Assembly (NCBI GenBank): GCA_965238005.1 | Contig: OZ250165.1 | Location: 256,001 to 320,000, forward strand | DNA: 64,000 nucleotides | Direction of reading: 5' to 3' | Source of the DNA: Longimicrobiales bacterium | GTDB lineage: Bacteria; Gemmatimonadota; Gemmatimonadetes; Longimicrobiales; Gaopeijiaceae | Shown here: one piece after another, positions 49,141 to 59,939 of the stretch | Layout: every line of letters begins with the position of its first letter | Numbering within the stretch: position 1 is the first letter of the stretch | The notes under the pieces: model-generated | What the model saw: only the letters and a program-made list of their open reading frames with translations | What the model was told of the DNA's origin: nothing | Databases searched by the model: none | Made by a program: the position numbers and the translations under genes

Positions 49141-51819
49141 TTAGCGCTCCAGCGGCACCACCAACACCGTCTGCGGCTCGCCCAGGTCGGTCACGTCTTC
49201 ACCCACCAGCCGGCCGAGGGTTGCCGTGTAGCGTCCGGTCTCTACTCGAGCGCCCTGTTCGTCCTGGCCGCCCCGGCCACCGGGTCCACCACGCTCGGCG
49301 GGGGTGCCGGCGGGGGGAGGCGGCGGGGGATCGTGACGCAGGTCCCACGAGACCCGGTGCACACCGGCCTCGCCGGACAGCTCCATGCGACGAACCCGTT
49401 CGCCAGCGTCATCGGTGATCGTCAGCACGAGTTGCGCTCCACCGGCAATCGGCTCGCGCAGGTGATAGGTCAGGGTGGCGCCGAACGGCGGGTTCGCCTC
49501 GGCGACGTCGCCCCAAGCGGCGCGCACCTGGCCGAGCTCGTTGAACAGCGGCGCGGCCCGCAGCGGGAACAACCAGGCGTCCGCCGCTAGCGTCTCCGTG
49601 TTGACGTCGCGAAGCGCCGTGTAGTCGTCGAGGATGTAGGTGCCGCGACCGAACGTGCCTACCACGAGGTCGGTCCACTGGCGCTGGATGTGCAGATCGC
49701 GCGCCTGCATCCTCGGGATGCCGTTGCGCAACTCGGTCCACTGGCGGCCGCCGTCGACGCTGAAGTACACGCCGAACTCGAGGCCCACGAACAACAGATC
49801 GGGGTTTACGTGGTCCTGCACGATCGACCAGGCGCCGGAGCGCTCCGGCAAGTTGCTGGTGATGTTTGTCCAGGTGCGACCGCGATCCGCGCTCTTCAGA
49901 ACCCAGGGTCGAAAGTCACCGCGCTGCCAGTTGTTGAACGTGGCGAAGACGGTTTCGGAGTCGCGGGCCGAGGCGAACACATCGGTGACGTAGATCTGCT
50001 CCGGAAGCCCCGGAATGCGTTCGATGCGGCGCCAGTTTTCGCCGCCGTCTTCCGAGATTTGTACGAGCCCGTCGTCGCTACCTACGTACAGGAGGCCCTC
50101 GACGAGCGGCGACTCGTCGAACGTCGTGATGACGCTCATCGTCGTGGTGTACAAATGCAGCCCGACGGCGTCCTCCGGCCAGATGCGGCCCATGATCGGC
50201 ATCTCGGTGCGGTCGAGGTTGCGCGTGAGGTCACCGCTCACCGGGGTCCAGTTGTCGCCTCGGTCGTCGCTCCGATACAGCCGGTGGCCCCCGTAGTAGA
50301 TGCGTCCCGCCGCGTGTTGGCTCAGCAGAAGGGGGCTGTCCCAATGCCAGCGGCCGCGGTCTTGGTCGCCGCGGTCGCCCCCGGTCGGGCGGATGCCGAC
50401 GCTCTGACCGGTGCTCAGGTCGAGGCGGTTGAGCGAACCGTTCTGCGACTGGGCGTAGACGATGTCGAGATCGGTGCGGTCGATGTAGGCCTGGAAGCCG
50501 TCGCCGCCGCCGACCCGGTACCAATCGCTGGTGCGAATGCCGGCCAAGTTGAGCGTTCGCGAGGGCCCACAGATGGTGCCGTTGTCCTGCGCGCCGCCGC
50601 ACACCCGGTAGAACGGTCGTGAGTTGTCGGCGCTCACGCGGTAGAACTGCGACAGCGGCAGGTTGGTGAAATGGCGCCAGGTGTCGCCGCCGTCGTACGT
50701 CTCGTACAAACCGCCGTCGTTGCCGATCCACATGTGCATCGGGTCGGTCTCGTCGAAGGTGATCTCGTGGTTGTCGACGTGCATGCTGAAGTTCATGCGC
50801 TCCCAGGTGGCGCCCTTGTCGGTGCTGCGCATGATCCGTACTTCGATGTTCCAGATGGTGTTGGGCCGATGCGGATCGACGAAGATCTCGCCGTAGTACT
50901 GGGGATCACCGCCCGAGTAGTCGCTCATGCGCGTCCACGACTCGCCGGTGTCCTCCGACAGGAAAAAACCGCCGTTGTCGCCTTGGGCGACGACCATGGC
51001 GTAGACGCGATCGGAGTTGCGGAAATCAACGCCTAGCGCGATGCGCCCCTTGTCGACCTGGGGAATGCCGTTCTCGATGCGTTCCCACGTGGCGCCGGCG
51101 TCGGTCGTCTTGAAGATCCCGGCCTCCGGGCCGCCCCCGATGGTCATGGCGTTATGGCGCCGTCGCTCGTAGGCGGCGGCGTAGATCACGTCGGGGTCCT
51201 CCGGATGGAACACGGCGTCGGCGATGCCGGTGTCCTCGCTGACGTACAGCACGCGGCTCCAGGTCTGTCCGCCATCGGTGGTCTTGTAGAGGCCCCGGTC
51301 GCCGCCGGAATTCCACAGCGGACCCGCCGCGGTCACGTATACGACGTCGGAGTCGCGCGGGTCGATAAGGATCTTCTGGATCTTCTGTGAATCGGTGAGG
51401 CCTGCCTGCGTCCAGGTGGCGCCGGCGTCGGACGACTTGTAGATGCCGTCGCCGTATGAGGTACTGCGATTGTGGATGTTCTCACCGGTGCCGAGCCAAA
51501 CGACGTTCGAGTCGCGTGGATCGACGACGACGGCACCCAACGAATACGACGGGTACTCGTCGAAGATCGGCGTCCAGGTGTTGCCCCGGTTGACGGTCTT
51601 CCACAGACCGCTGGATCCGACCGCCAGATACCAGACGTTGGAGTTGTTGGGATCGACCTCGAGGTCGGAGACGCGGCCGGTCGTCAGGCCCGGGCCAATG
51701 CTGCGGAACTCGAGGCCGCGGAATACCTCCATGCTCAACCGATCGCTGCCCGATTGTGCGTACAGGGAGGAGGTCGCGACCAAGAGGGCGACCAGGACTT
51801 TTCCGAGTGTGACTTTCAT
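49141..51819 (-). CDS. VPS10/BNR-repeat secreted protein (glycosyl hydrolase-like)
   Basis: Signal peptide; FRSIGP; many S/TxDxGxTW repeats; GGAQDNG. Confidence 0.9.
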   Translation of the reverse strand: MKVTLGKVLVALLVATSSLYAQSGSDRLSMEVFRGLEFRSIGPGLTTGRVSDLEVDPNNSNVWYLAVGSSGLWKTVNRGNTWTPIFDEYPSYSLGAVVVDPRDSNVVWLGTGENIHNRSTSYGDGIYKSSDAGATWTQAGLTDSQKIQKILIDPRDSDVVYVTAAGPLWNSGGDRGLYKTTDGGQTWSRVLYVSEDTGIADAVFHPEDPDVIYAAAYERRRHNAMTIGGGPEAGIFKTTDAGATWERIENGIPQVDKGRIALGVDFRNSDRVYAMVVAQGDNGGFFLSEDTGESWTRMSDYSGGDPQYYGEIFVDPHRPNTIWNIEVRIMRSTDKGATWERMNFSMHVDNHEITFDETDPMHMWIGNDGGLYETYDGGDTWRHFTNLPLSQFYRVSADNSRPFYRVCGGAQDNGTICGPSRTLNLAGIRTSDWYRVGGGDGFQAYIDRTDLDIVYAQSQNGSLNRLDLSTGQSVGIRPTGGDRGDQDRGRWHWDSPLLLSQHAAGRIYYGGHRLYRSDDRGDNWTPVSGDLTRNLDRTEMPIMGRIWPEDAVGLHLYTTTMSVITTFDESPLVEGLLYVGSDDGLVQISEDGGENWRRIERIPGLPEQIYVTDVFASARDSETVFATFNNWQRGDFRPWVLKSADRGRTWTNITSNLPERSGAWSIVQDHVNPDLLFVGLEFGVYFSVDGGRQWTELRNGIPRMQARDLHIQRQWTDLVVGTFGRGTYILDDYTALRDVNTETLAADAWLFPLRAAPLFNELGQVRAAWGDVAEANPPFGATLTYHLREPIAGGAQLVLTITDDAGERVRRMELSGEAGVHRVSWDLRHDPPPPPPAGTPAERGGPGGRGGQDEQGARVETGRYTATLGRLVGEDVTDLGEPQTVLVVPLER

Positions 51820-51939
51820 GACTCCTCGCAGGGTAGGGGAGAGTGCACGATTCGGCTCCGGGCGGAGGCGTCCGGTTCGACACGTGCGGGAACCTCCCGC
51901 ATTCCACGGCCCGACGCAAGCTGGCCGGAGCTCGCCCTC

Positions 51940-52266
51940 CTCACAGAGGCCGCCGAGGGGTCATCGACGGCGTGTTCGGCGAGGGTCCGAGGGCTCGGTC
52001 CAGCTCCACGAGACCACCCACCTCACGGCCTCCGACTGGGACCAGCTTCAGCAGACCCTGCGCCACCGGGTGCTGCGCCACCGGGTGCTGCGCCACCGGG
52101 TGCTCAGATAATTCCACCGCCACGGTCTGCTCGAACGCCACGTCACCGATCGAGCATTGCGAATGCCCGAGCGCACGCTTGTCCCCCGTACACTGGCGGG
52201 AGCCCGCGAGTTGACTGGTTTGGCCCTGCCCCCTCAGGTTATCAAGGGCCTTTGTTTTTCCTTCCC
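51940..52266 (+). mobile_element. IS91/ISCR-like remnant 3 (transposase middle plus oriIS-like end)
   Basis: VIDGVF...HETTHLTASDWDQLQQTLRHRVLR; a 15-bp unit x3 at 52058-52102; same end block as remnant 1. Confidence 0.65.
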
Positions 52267-52410
52267 TGACTGCCCTTGCCATGGAGCGACGCGCACTGAT
52301 CGGTTTGTCCGGGGACGTTCTACCAAGCCTCCAAGGGAGCAGTTAGCGAAAGCACCGCAAGAGTCGAACGGTGGAAGGTCATCTGCTCATCGGGGCGCTG
52401 TCGCGGGCGT

Positions 52411-53397
52411 TCAGTTGGCTTCCACAAAACTCTTTAAGCTATTCAACAAATTATCTTCCACTTCAATTTCGCCACTATCAAGCAGTTTGGATCTGATCTT
52501 ATCTCCACGCTCCCCTGGAATCATCACTTCTTCCACGCCGTCGAGCTTCTTTGCTTGTTTTATTGCCTTGGTCATTTTTGTCGTTTCTTCGATAAACCTC
52601 TGCATTCCTATCATAGATTCGGGGTCGATCGCAATTACGACATTTCCATCATGGTCGCTTTCATTCAAGAAGTCCCCGCCAACCAAGGCTCCTCCTATGA
52701 TCTGAACCATCAAGGCAAGTCCGGCGCCCTTGAATCCCTTATCAAACGGCCTGATGGCCCCTTCCATAATTTCAGAAGGATTTGTTGTTTCGTTCCCTTC
52801 CTTGTCATAACCGAGCCCTTCAGCGACTCGGACTCCTTGGGTTTTTGCTTCTATCAAACCAAAATAGGATATGCCTGATGATGACATATCCAAGACGATC
52901 GGTTCGGCATCGGTAGGAACACCCCAAGCTATCGGATTGGTACAAAATAAAGGTTCATAAGAGCCGCTGGGAGGTACCATTCCGTAAGGGTAACTCGACA
53001 TAGTAATGCCAACTAAACCCGCGTCCGCAATCCTTCGTGACCAGTAGCCGATCGCGCCAGAGGATCCATGACCCGTATGTGTCCCCACTATTGCTATGCC
53101 CATTTCTTTGGCCTTTTCTATTACCATGTCTACGGCTTGTACCATGGCGATAGCTTCCATTGAGAGATTTGCGTTGATTATTGCAGTGGTGGGAGTGTTC
53201 TTTTCTATCGTTGGTGTTTGTGCCCTTTCATGCTTTGGCATTCCTTCACCGATCAATTTGACGATGCCTTGATCGTTGCCCCTCAGTTGAGCATACATGA
53301 GCATGTCCAATATTATTTCGGCTTCTGCCTCTGAGTAGCCATACTTGAGAATTGCTTTGCGGGACAGTTCGCTTAGTTCTTGGATTGAGATTCTCAC
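52411..53397 (-). CDS. Ldh_2 family (malate/L-lactate/sulfolactate dehydrogenase-like) oxidoreductase
   Basis: TNPIAW, VLDMSSS, KGAGLALMV and IPGE motifs; AGGAGG RBS; visibly AT-richer than the flanks. Confidence 0.9.
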   Translation of the reverse strand: MRISIQELSELSRKAILKYGYSEAEAEIILDMLMYAQLRGNDQGIVKLIGEGMPKHERAQTPTIEKNTPTTAIINANLSMEAIAMVQAVDMVIEKAKEMGIAIVGTHTGHGSSGAIGYWSRRIADAGLVGITMSSYPYGMVPPSGSYEPLFCTNPIAWGVPTDAEPIVLDMSSSGISYFGLIEAKTQGVRVAEGLGYDKEGNETTNPSEIMEGAIRPFDKGFKGAGLALMVQIIGGALVGGDFLNESDHDGNVVIAIDPESMIGMQRFIEETTKMTKAIKQAKKLDGVEEVMIPGERGDKIRSKLLDSGEIEVEDNLLNSLKSFVEAN

Positions 53398-53582
53398 ACT
53401 ACCTCCTTGGCTAATTGTCGACCCTTATGAGCCGATCCAAACCCATTACGGCTTTCGCTCCGCGTTCGCTACTCGTCCCCCTCGGTACAAAGTGAAGCCC
53501 GTGGCCCGACCCCCCTGGACGACAAATTTCAGGCGAATGTTCGCATCGGAGGAAAGCAGGAATACGTGATCGCCGCGGCGCT

Positions 53583-54563
53583 TCAGTCGAATGGGGTTTT
53601 GCCCTGGACAGCGCGCGAAGAGCTGATCGTCTGCAGAGTAAACAGAGAAGTCGCAAGACGGGTTAGTTCATAGACCCCTTCGTACACTGCGCGCTCTTCA
53701 TCCGAGAGTATCTCGCCGTCGCGGATGCGGACACTCTGGACGAGCGACCGGATCGATTCTACCACGAGATCCGGCTCCTCCATATGAATGTTGTGACCGC
53801 TTTGGGTTACGACATGCGCTCCCTGAGTGGTGTGTCCGAAGAACTCACTCTGCAACCTGCGCGAGAGCTGCCGACCGGCCTCGGTTTGGACGACCGATGT
53901 GGATTCAGGGTCAGTCTGGAGGGATGTGAGAACGACGGTCGGCACGTTCGGAAGAGGATAGGCCTCGGGGAGGGCTCCTCGAAGCATATTCGGCCAAAGG
54001 TCAATCCACTCCTGTGTTCGCCCCTCCCCAGGTCGAGCGACTTGCAATGAGTCAATGAACTGTTTGGTGTCCGCGAGCGAGCCCGGCGATAGGGCATCGA
54101 ATTCCAGCCACCCACGCTCGTGTGGGGAATCCACTAGGAGGAGACCCGCGACTTGATCAGGGTACTGTGCCGCAAAAACCCGCATGTAAAGGCCGCCGAG
54201 CGAGTGGCCGACCAAGACATAGGGCGGGGCGGCATCGATCGCTTTCAGAAGCGCGTGCAACTCTGATGTGATCTGAAGTGGCGTGCGCCGCGTGGAAGGG
54301 GCGTCCGAATTCCCGTAGCCAGCACGGGAATAGCTGACAACCCTCGTAAGTGGGGCGATGGAGTCCATGATCGGAATCCAATTCCTCCAATCAAGACCGC
54401 TCCCCGCCTCCACGACGACGACGGGCTGCCCCTGCCCTCGTTGGACTACCTCAAGGCGCTGGCCATCGACGTCCACAAGTCGAGGAGATTCGTCCGCACT
54501 CTGAGCCACACACACGTGAGGTATCAAGAGTGCCGCCGCAGCCAAGCATGGTCTGCGGGTCAT
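53583..54563 (-). CDS. Alpha/beta hydrolase (secreted)
   Basis: GHSLGG nucleophile, SGHNIH; GGAGG RBS; the C-terminus may be degenerate. Confidence 0.88.
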   Translation of the reverse strand: MTRRPCLAAAALLIPHVCVAQSADESPRLVDVDGQRLEVVQRGQGQPVVVVEAGSGLDWRNWIPIMDSIAPLTRVVSYSRAGYGNSDAPSTRRTPLQITSELHALLKAIDAAPPYVLVGHSLGGLYMRVFAAQYPDQVAGLLLVDSPHERGWLEFDALSPGSLADTKQFIDSLQVARPGEGRTQEWIDLWPNMLRGALPEAYPLPNVPTVVLTSLQTDPESTSVVQTEAGRQLSRRLQSEFFGHTTQGAHVVTQSGHNIHMEEPDLVVESIRSLVQSVRIRDGEILSDEERAVYEGVYELTRLATSLFTLQTISSSRAVQGKTPFD

Positions 54564-54769
54564 TGAAACCTCCAATGATTGGGATGGCCATCACGTGACC
54601 GCGCGGTCAACCCGTGATTGTACTGCGACGCTAATATGTGCTGCGGAGCTTGGAGGTGCGACTCCGCTGCAAGGCTGCTACAGCCTCGTCCCAACCAGTC
54701 CGTAGGATTCGCTGGATCGACTCACCAGCGGAAACGCTTCAGGCCGTTCGATCCTGGTTGGACCTCAAG

Positions 54770-54864
54770 CTGGCTTCATGAGCCTCGTGGGGCTTCTTGC
54801 TGCGCTCGGCCCCGCACGTCGTGGGCCCCGGATCGAGCCGATAGAGGCGCTGAAGGGGGAGTAG
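54770..54864 (+). pseudogene. ADOP permease extreme C-terminal remnant
   Basis: PARRGPRIEPIEALKGE* resembles the PARRA..DP..AL..E terminus of this family. Confidence 0.55.
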
Positions 54865-55006
54865 TCTTCTCGTATCGGGTGCTGCGACCCCGGTCCGGAC
54901 ACACCTCTCCTGGGGAGCAACTTTAGGCTGATTTCTTGTTACAAGCTTTCCAATGGGCGATGGCTTCAGCGCGCTCGTGCGACCGGGGAATTCGGTAACT
55001 GAAATT

Positions 55007-55597
55007 TCATGGTGTTAGTATGAATAAATTGGCAGGCATTGGATAGAAAAACGGTTGTTTGGAGAATGGAAATTCAAACCGGGAAATTGGCTGTGCATTG
55101 ACACTAGAAAAATTGGCCTTGAAAATATCAACCCACTCCTTTTCTTGATGGAAATTTCCGCGACCCCACTTGGAAGACTCATGCAGATTTGCAAGTTTCC
55201 AATCGAATTGATTTTTGGGTGTATCTTCAAATATGAGAACTGATTTGCGACTTACACGCTGAATTTCTTCCAATGTCTCTAAATAATTTGGGATATGATG
55301 TAACACAAAAGCGCAAATAATCACATCAAATGAATTGTCAGGGAATGGGAATCTTCCTCCATCGTAAATTGTTGGTTGAAAGAATTTTCCTTCGTTGACC
55401 ACATCTAACCCAGTTATTTCGTATCCCATGGTTTGCAAGCGTTTTGTAAGACAACAATCCGCACATCCTACGTCCAAAATTTTATCCGATTTGCTGAGAT
55501 GAGGGAGTATCCTGGACATCCTCAATTGGGTGTATCTCCAATGGGGGTATTTCCAAAAAAAGCACAGTACCAAAACAATAAATATTACTAGGTACAT
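55007..55597 (-). CDS. Class I SAM methyltransferase with N-terminal TM, strongly AT-rich
   Basis: ILDVGC and FPDNSFDVIICAFVLHH motifs. Confidence 0.88.
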   Translation of the reverse strand: MYLVIFIVLVLCFFWKYPHWRYTQLRMSRILPHLSKSDKILDVGCADCCLTKRLQTMGYEITGLDVVNEGKFFQPTIYDGGRFPFPDNSFDVIICAFVLHHIPNYLETLEEIQRVSRKSVLIFEDTPKNQFDWKLANLHESSKWGRGNFHQEKEWVDIFKANFSSVNAQPISRFEFPFSKQPFFYPMPANLFILTP

Positions 55598-56199
55598 CTT
55601 ATTTATACTTTTCTGTGTTTAGATTTGATCGATCGGTGGATGGCGACAAAGCCCTCCCAACGCGTCTCTGTTGGTTGAAGCGATTCACGCGCAACGGGAA
55701 CAGCTCGGTTTGCCGGAATTTCCCAGCTACTGGACACGCGACGGAGGTGACGGGTTCTCGGCAACGATGTGGAATATGAAGGAGGACTCGTATGGATTCG
55801 GGATCGATCAGGACTTCCGTTGGAGATGTGTTGAAGTTTAAACATTTGGTGGGGCTGTCAAGGCTCGGTCTGGATGATGAGTATTCGGATGCGGCCTGGA
55901 TTGTGTTTCAAACGCGCGAATTGATGAGACAATTGTAAAGAACGGATTTTTTGCTCTTGTGTTCAACGTCAAATGAAGATGGAAAGTGTTAGGTCGAGTG
56001 CGGGCTTCCAATTGAATTCCGCCTTGCAGCTTGTGAGTCTTCAAACCCGAACTCCCCTTATGTGCTCAAGTGATCGAGCCATCGCCGAAGGACCGGAATC
56101 GGGTTGTCGTCCCGTTCGCGATCCCAGTAGACAAGTACATCGGCAGTTAGGACCGCATCGTCTCGGTGACCGCCACGGGGTCATGGACTCGCTGAGCTG

Positions 56200-57321
56200 A
56201 TGTCGACGGATCGTCACCTCCGCATCGTAGCGCACAACGGGGCGCCGGAGTGGGGCGGAGCGGAGATCGCTCTGGCCGACCTCCTGGCCGGGCTCTCCGA
56301 GCGCGGCCACAACGTCACGCTCTTCTGCAACCGGCCGCTGGTAGCGGAAAGGGCGACGGCCAGGGGTGTCGAGACGCGGCTCCTGCGGCTGGGGGGCGAC
56401 GTGGCGCTGCACGACGCCCTCCGGCTGAACCGCGAGCTCCGGCGTGAACGGCCCCACGCGCTCGTGGTCGGCACGTTCCGGAAGCTCTGGTTGGCCGCGC
56501 TGGCCGGCCGCATGGCCAAGGTGCCCCGGGTCGTGGCCAGGATCGGGCTCTCGACGGACACGCCCCGGAGTGCCAAGTACCGCTTCGTCCTGAAGCGCTG
56601 GGTGGGCCGGGTCGTCTTCGTGGCCGACTCGATGCGCGAGGCGTACGGTCGCGCCATGCCCGAACTCGAAGACCGGTACGTTACGATCTACAAGGGGCTG
56701 CCCCCGCTGGGCGCGGCCACGCCCCGAGTCGAGGCCCGTAGGGCTCTGGGCGTGCCCACGGAGGGCATGCTGGTGGGTGGGGTGGGCCGGCTGGTGCCCC
56801 AGAAGCGCTTCGACCGGTTCCTGGATGTGGTGGCCGCACTGGACCGGCCCGTGCACGCGGTGCTGGCAGGCGACGGGCCGCTGCGGGAGGAACTCGAGAG
56901 TCGCGCCGGAGCTGTCGGCCTCAGCGACCGGGTCCGTTTCCTCGGACACCGCGACGACGTGGCGCTCGTCATGGACGCCCTCGACTTGCTCCTCATCACC
57001 TCGGACCGGGAGGGCATGGCCGGTGCCATGCTGGAGGCCCTCTCGCGGGGCGTACCGGTGGTGTCGACCGACGTGTCGGGGGCCAGGGAAGGATTGGAGG
57101 CCGGCCCCGGAAGCGAGGCACCGGGATTGATCACGGGCCACGAGACCCACCAGATCACGGCAGCCGTGGCGCGTCTCCTGGGCGACGCTGCTCTCCGCGC
57201 GACCATGGGCCGAGCGGCACGCGAGCGCTACCGCGAGCGCTTCTCGTTCGATCGGATGCTGGACGCATGGGAGGCGGTGTTGGGCGGGGAGACCTACCTC
57301 CAGCCCCCCCCCACCGGCTGA
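56200..57321 (+). CDS. Glycosyltransferase family 4
   Basis: WGGAE, GRLVPQK and EGMAGAMLEALSRGVPVV motifs. Confidence 0.93.
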   Translation: MSTDRHLRIVAHNGAPEWGGAEIALADLLAGLSERGHNVTLFCNRPLVAERATARGVETRLLRLGGDVALHDALRLNRELRRERPHALVVGTFRKLWLAALAGRMAKVPRVVARIGLSTDTPRSAKYRFVLKRWVGRVVFVADSMREAYGRAMPELEDRYVTIYKGLPPLGAATPRVEARRALGVPTEGMLVGGVGRLVPQKRFDRFLDVVAALDRPVHAVLAGDGPLREELESRAGAVGLSDRVRFLGHRDDVALVMDALDLLLITSDREGMAGAMLEALSRGVPVVSTDVSGAREGLEAGPGSEAPGLITGHETHQITAAVARLLGDAALRATMGRAARERYRERFSFDRMLDAWEAVLGGETYLQPPPTG

Positions 57322-57330
57322 CGGCGCCTC

Positions 57331-57530
57331 TCAGCGCCGGCGCTGCAGCTCGTCCCGTTCGTCGTCGTCATCGTCGTGGTCCTCGTCCCGTTCGTGGTCC
57401 TCGCCAACCGCGCCATCCCGCTCCGCCGGACCGGAGGTCACGTACGCCTGCACCGCCCCGTGGGTGTAGACGAGCGCTCCTCCCGTGTGACCCACTTCGG
57501 CCCCCGCCGCCAGCAGTCCGAGCGTCAAAC
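57331..57530 (-). pseudogene. C-terminal remnant of a membrane protein (DUF2231-like) with an acidic/His tail
   Basis: VGHTGGALVYTHG...EDHERDEDHDDDDDERD; no N-terminus. Confidence 0.5.
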
Positions 57531-57984
57531 CCTGCTGGGCGGACACGTGATCTTCGAGCTCGTCATGATCGGCGTGAGTCTGGGTGCCGCGGTGTACCTC
57601 GGCAGGCAGTGGTACCAGGCGAACACGTTCGCGCGCCAGCTCACGCTCACCGTGGCGGCCAGCCGGGCCGAGCGAGACGCGTGGCGACAGCGAGCGCAGC
57701 GGGTGCTCGACGGGCTCGGTAAGGTAATGAGCGCTCAGTTCGAGTCATGGGCGCTGACGCCGACCGAACGCGAGACGGCGCTGATGCTGCTCAAGGGCCA
57801 CAGCCACAAGCGCATCGGCAAGCTCACGGGCCCGAGCGAGCGGACCATCCGGCAGCACGCGGTCTCCGTATACCGGAAGTCTGGCCTGGCAGGGCGCGCC
57901 GAGCTGGCGGGGTTCTTCCTGGGAGATCTGGTCCTTCCGGAGAGCCACCCGCTCCCGGATCCGTCGGTCGGCGAAAGGGCCTGA
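57525..57984 (+). CDS. Membrane-anchored LuxR-type HTH regulator, probably 5'-truncated
   Basis: HVIFE TM segment; LTPTERETALMLLKGHSHKRIG...SERTIRQHAVSVYRKSG. Confidence 0.75.
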
Positions 57985-58018
57985 CGAGCGATGTCCGAAT
58001 CCACGAGCGCGCTGGCTG

Positions 58019-59428
58019 CTACGCTCTCCGCTCCCAGGGCCCGGTGATCGCCACGGTGAGACCCTGAAGCTGCATATTCACGAACAGCGTCGTGCCGTCC
58101 GGTGAGAAGCACGACCCGGCGAACTCGCCGATCCCCGCCTGATTGTGGCCGAACTTATACGTCTCACCCGCGGGCGTGACACCGAAGAGATAGTCGTCTC
58201 CGATGCCGTCTTCGCACACGATCAGGTCGCCCCACGGGGCGCCGGTCAGGTTGTCGGCGTTTTCGACCAGGGTGCCTTCGTTGGGCTCGATGAAGAGCTC
58301 TACGGTGCCGGGCTCCTCGGACTCGCGCGACGTGCCCTCGTACGGGCTGGGCACATAGCGCCAGATCTGACCCTTTCTCGTATCACCGCCGTTCGTGCAG
58401 GCGAAATACACCGCGTTGTTGGCCCACCACATCCCCTCACCCCGCGCGAAGCGGGCGGCCCCGGCCTCGAAGCCCCGTAAGCGCAGGTCGTTGTCCGGCG
58501 ATTCCACGTCGCTCATGTCGATCCAGCCCACCGCGCGGGGCGAGCCGGGCAAGACGGTCTGTCCCTCCCAGTTTCGCGTGTCCATCGAAGGCTGATCGAG
58601 GATGCGGAGCGCTTGCAGGCGGCCGCCGGCCGCAATTTCGCCCGGGCGGTCCGGAATGAAGCGATAGATCAGTCCGTCCCACTGGTCTTCGGTTTGGTAC
58701 ACGATGCCGGACGCGGGGTGCACCGCCACGGCCTCGTGCTTGAAGCGTCCCATCGCTCTGAGGGGAACGGGCGTGACGACCCCTCCGTCCCAGGTCGCAG
58801 GCACCTCGAAGTTGTAGCCGTGATCCTCGAGGCGACCCTCGCCCACCTTATTCAGCGTCTCCTCGCAGCTGATCCAGCTTCCCCAGGGGGTCGGGCCTCC
58901 GGCGCAGTTAACGAGCGTGCCCGCGAGGCTCAGCCGGTGCCCGACCAGGTGCTGCTCGCGCGTGTCGAACAGGAGCGTCGTAGTTCCGCCCAGCGCCGGC
59001 CGCCCGCTCGCTCCGATGTCGTAGACCGTCCCCGGATCGAGGCGCTCGAGAAGCTCGTTATCGCGCCCAAACGGCCCCAACCGCCCAGGGGCACCCCAGT
59101 TCATCTCGTGATTGCGTACCAGGAGTGTGGATCCGTCGGGCCCGGGGAACGCGGCCATCCCGTCGTGTCTGGACAGCACGTAGAAACCGTCGTTCATGCG
59201 CTCGCCTGCACGAGAGATGATCGTGTACCTAAAGCCTTCCGGCAGAGCAAGCAGGCCCTCAGGGTCGTACACCAGGGGGCCGAAGCCGAGGACAGGTGCG
59301 GGAAGAAGGCCGTCCAGGCCACAGGAACGCTTCAGACCCGCGAGGCCCAGCGAGATGCCCGCGGCGGCTCCGAAGAAGCTCCTCCGCGAAAGGGTCGACT
59401 GCGACGCGGTCCCGGGGCGACGTGGCAT
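58019..59428 (-). CDS. PhoX/DUF839 alkaline phosphatase with Tat signal
   Basis: SRRSFF; NCAGGPTPWGSWISCEE; MGRFKHEA; RGEG; DN; CED. Confidence 0.9.
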   Translation of the reverse strand: MPRRPGTASQSTLSRRSFFGAAAGISLGLAGLKRSCGLDGLLPAPVLGFGPLVYDPEGLLALPEGFRYTIISRAGERMNDGFYVLSRHDGMAAFPGPDGSTLLVRNHEMNWGAPGRLGPFGRDNELLERLDPGTVYDIGASGRPALGGTTTLLFDTREQHLVGHRLSLAGTLVNCAGGPTPWGSWISCEETLNKVGEGRLEDHGYNFEVPATWDGGVVTPVPLRAMGRFKHEAVAVHPASGIVYQTEDQWDGLIYRFIPDRPGEIAAGGRLQALRILDQPSMDTRNWEGQTVLPGSPRAVGWIDMSDVESPDNDLRLRGFEAGAARFARGEGMWWANNAVYFACTNGGDTRKGQIWRYVPSPYEGTSRESEEPGTVELFIEPNEGTLVENADNLTGAPWGDLIVCEDGIGDDYLFGVTPAGETYKFGHNQAGIGEFAGSCFSPDGTTLFVNMQLQGLTVAITGPWERRA

Positions 59429-59939
59429 GGTGTCTCGGTAACTAGGGGGTCGAAAGTGGAGGGCAACCTGACGCTCCCACCGATATTTGACCAGGGGCCC
59501 TCGCGCGCGCGCCTCGTGGGTACCGCACCCGCTCACCTACCAACGCCGCTAACGATCCGGCGACGTAGCGGCAGGCCCCGCGTGCCCCCCGGGACGGTGC
59601 TTGACCAACGGCGGATTGGCGAGCGTGGTCGGTCTCGATCGCATCAACGGGGACCACCAGAGCGTCCACCATCGCGCAGAGCTCGTCGATACAGGCCTGC
59701 GCATCGATTTGCACCGACGAAGGCAAGCTCGCTCTGCCGACTCGCACGGCGAGGTAGCTGCGACCCTCGAAGCCCCACGTGTACCATCGAATATCAGGTG
59801 TCGGGCCGCATCTTGCCGCCCTTTTCGCGAGCCTGTCCGTCACAGAGAGTCTCCCTTCCCGCGGTCTTTGTTCCCGACCGTCGACATACGTATTACCATT
59901 CCCCCTCGAACACGTGCGGATTCCAAGGAGGCGATCGTG

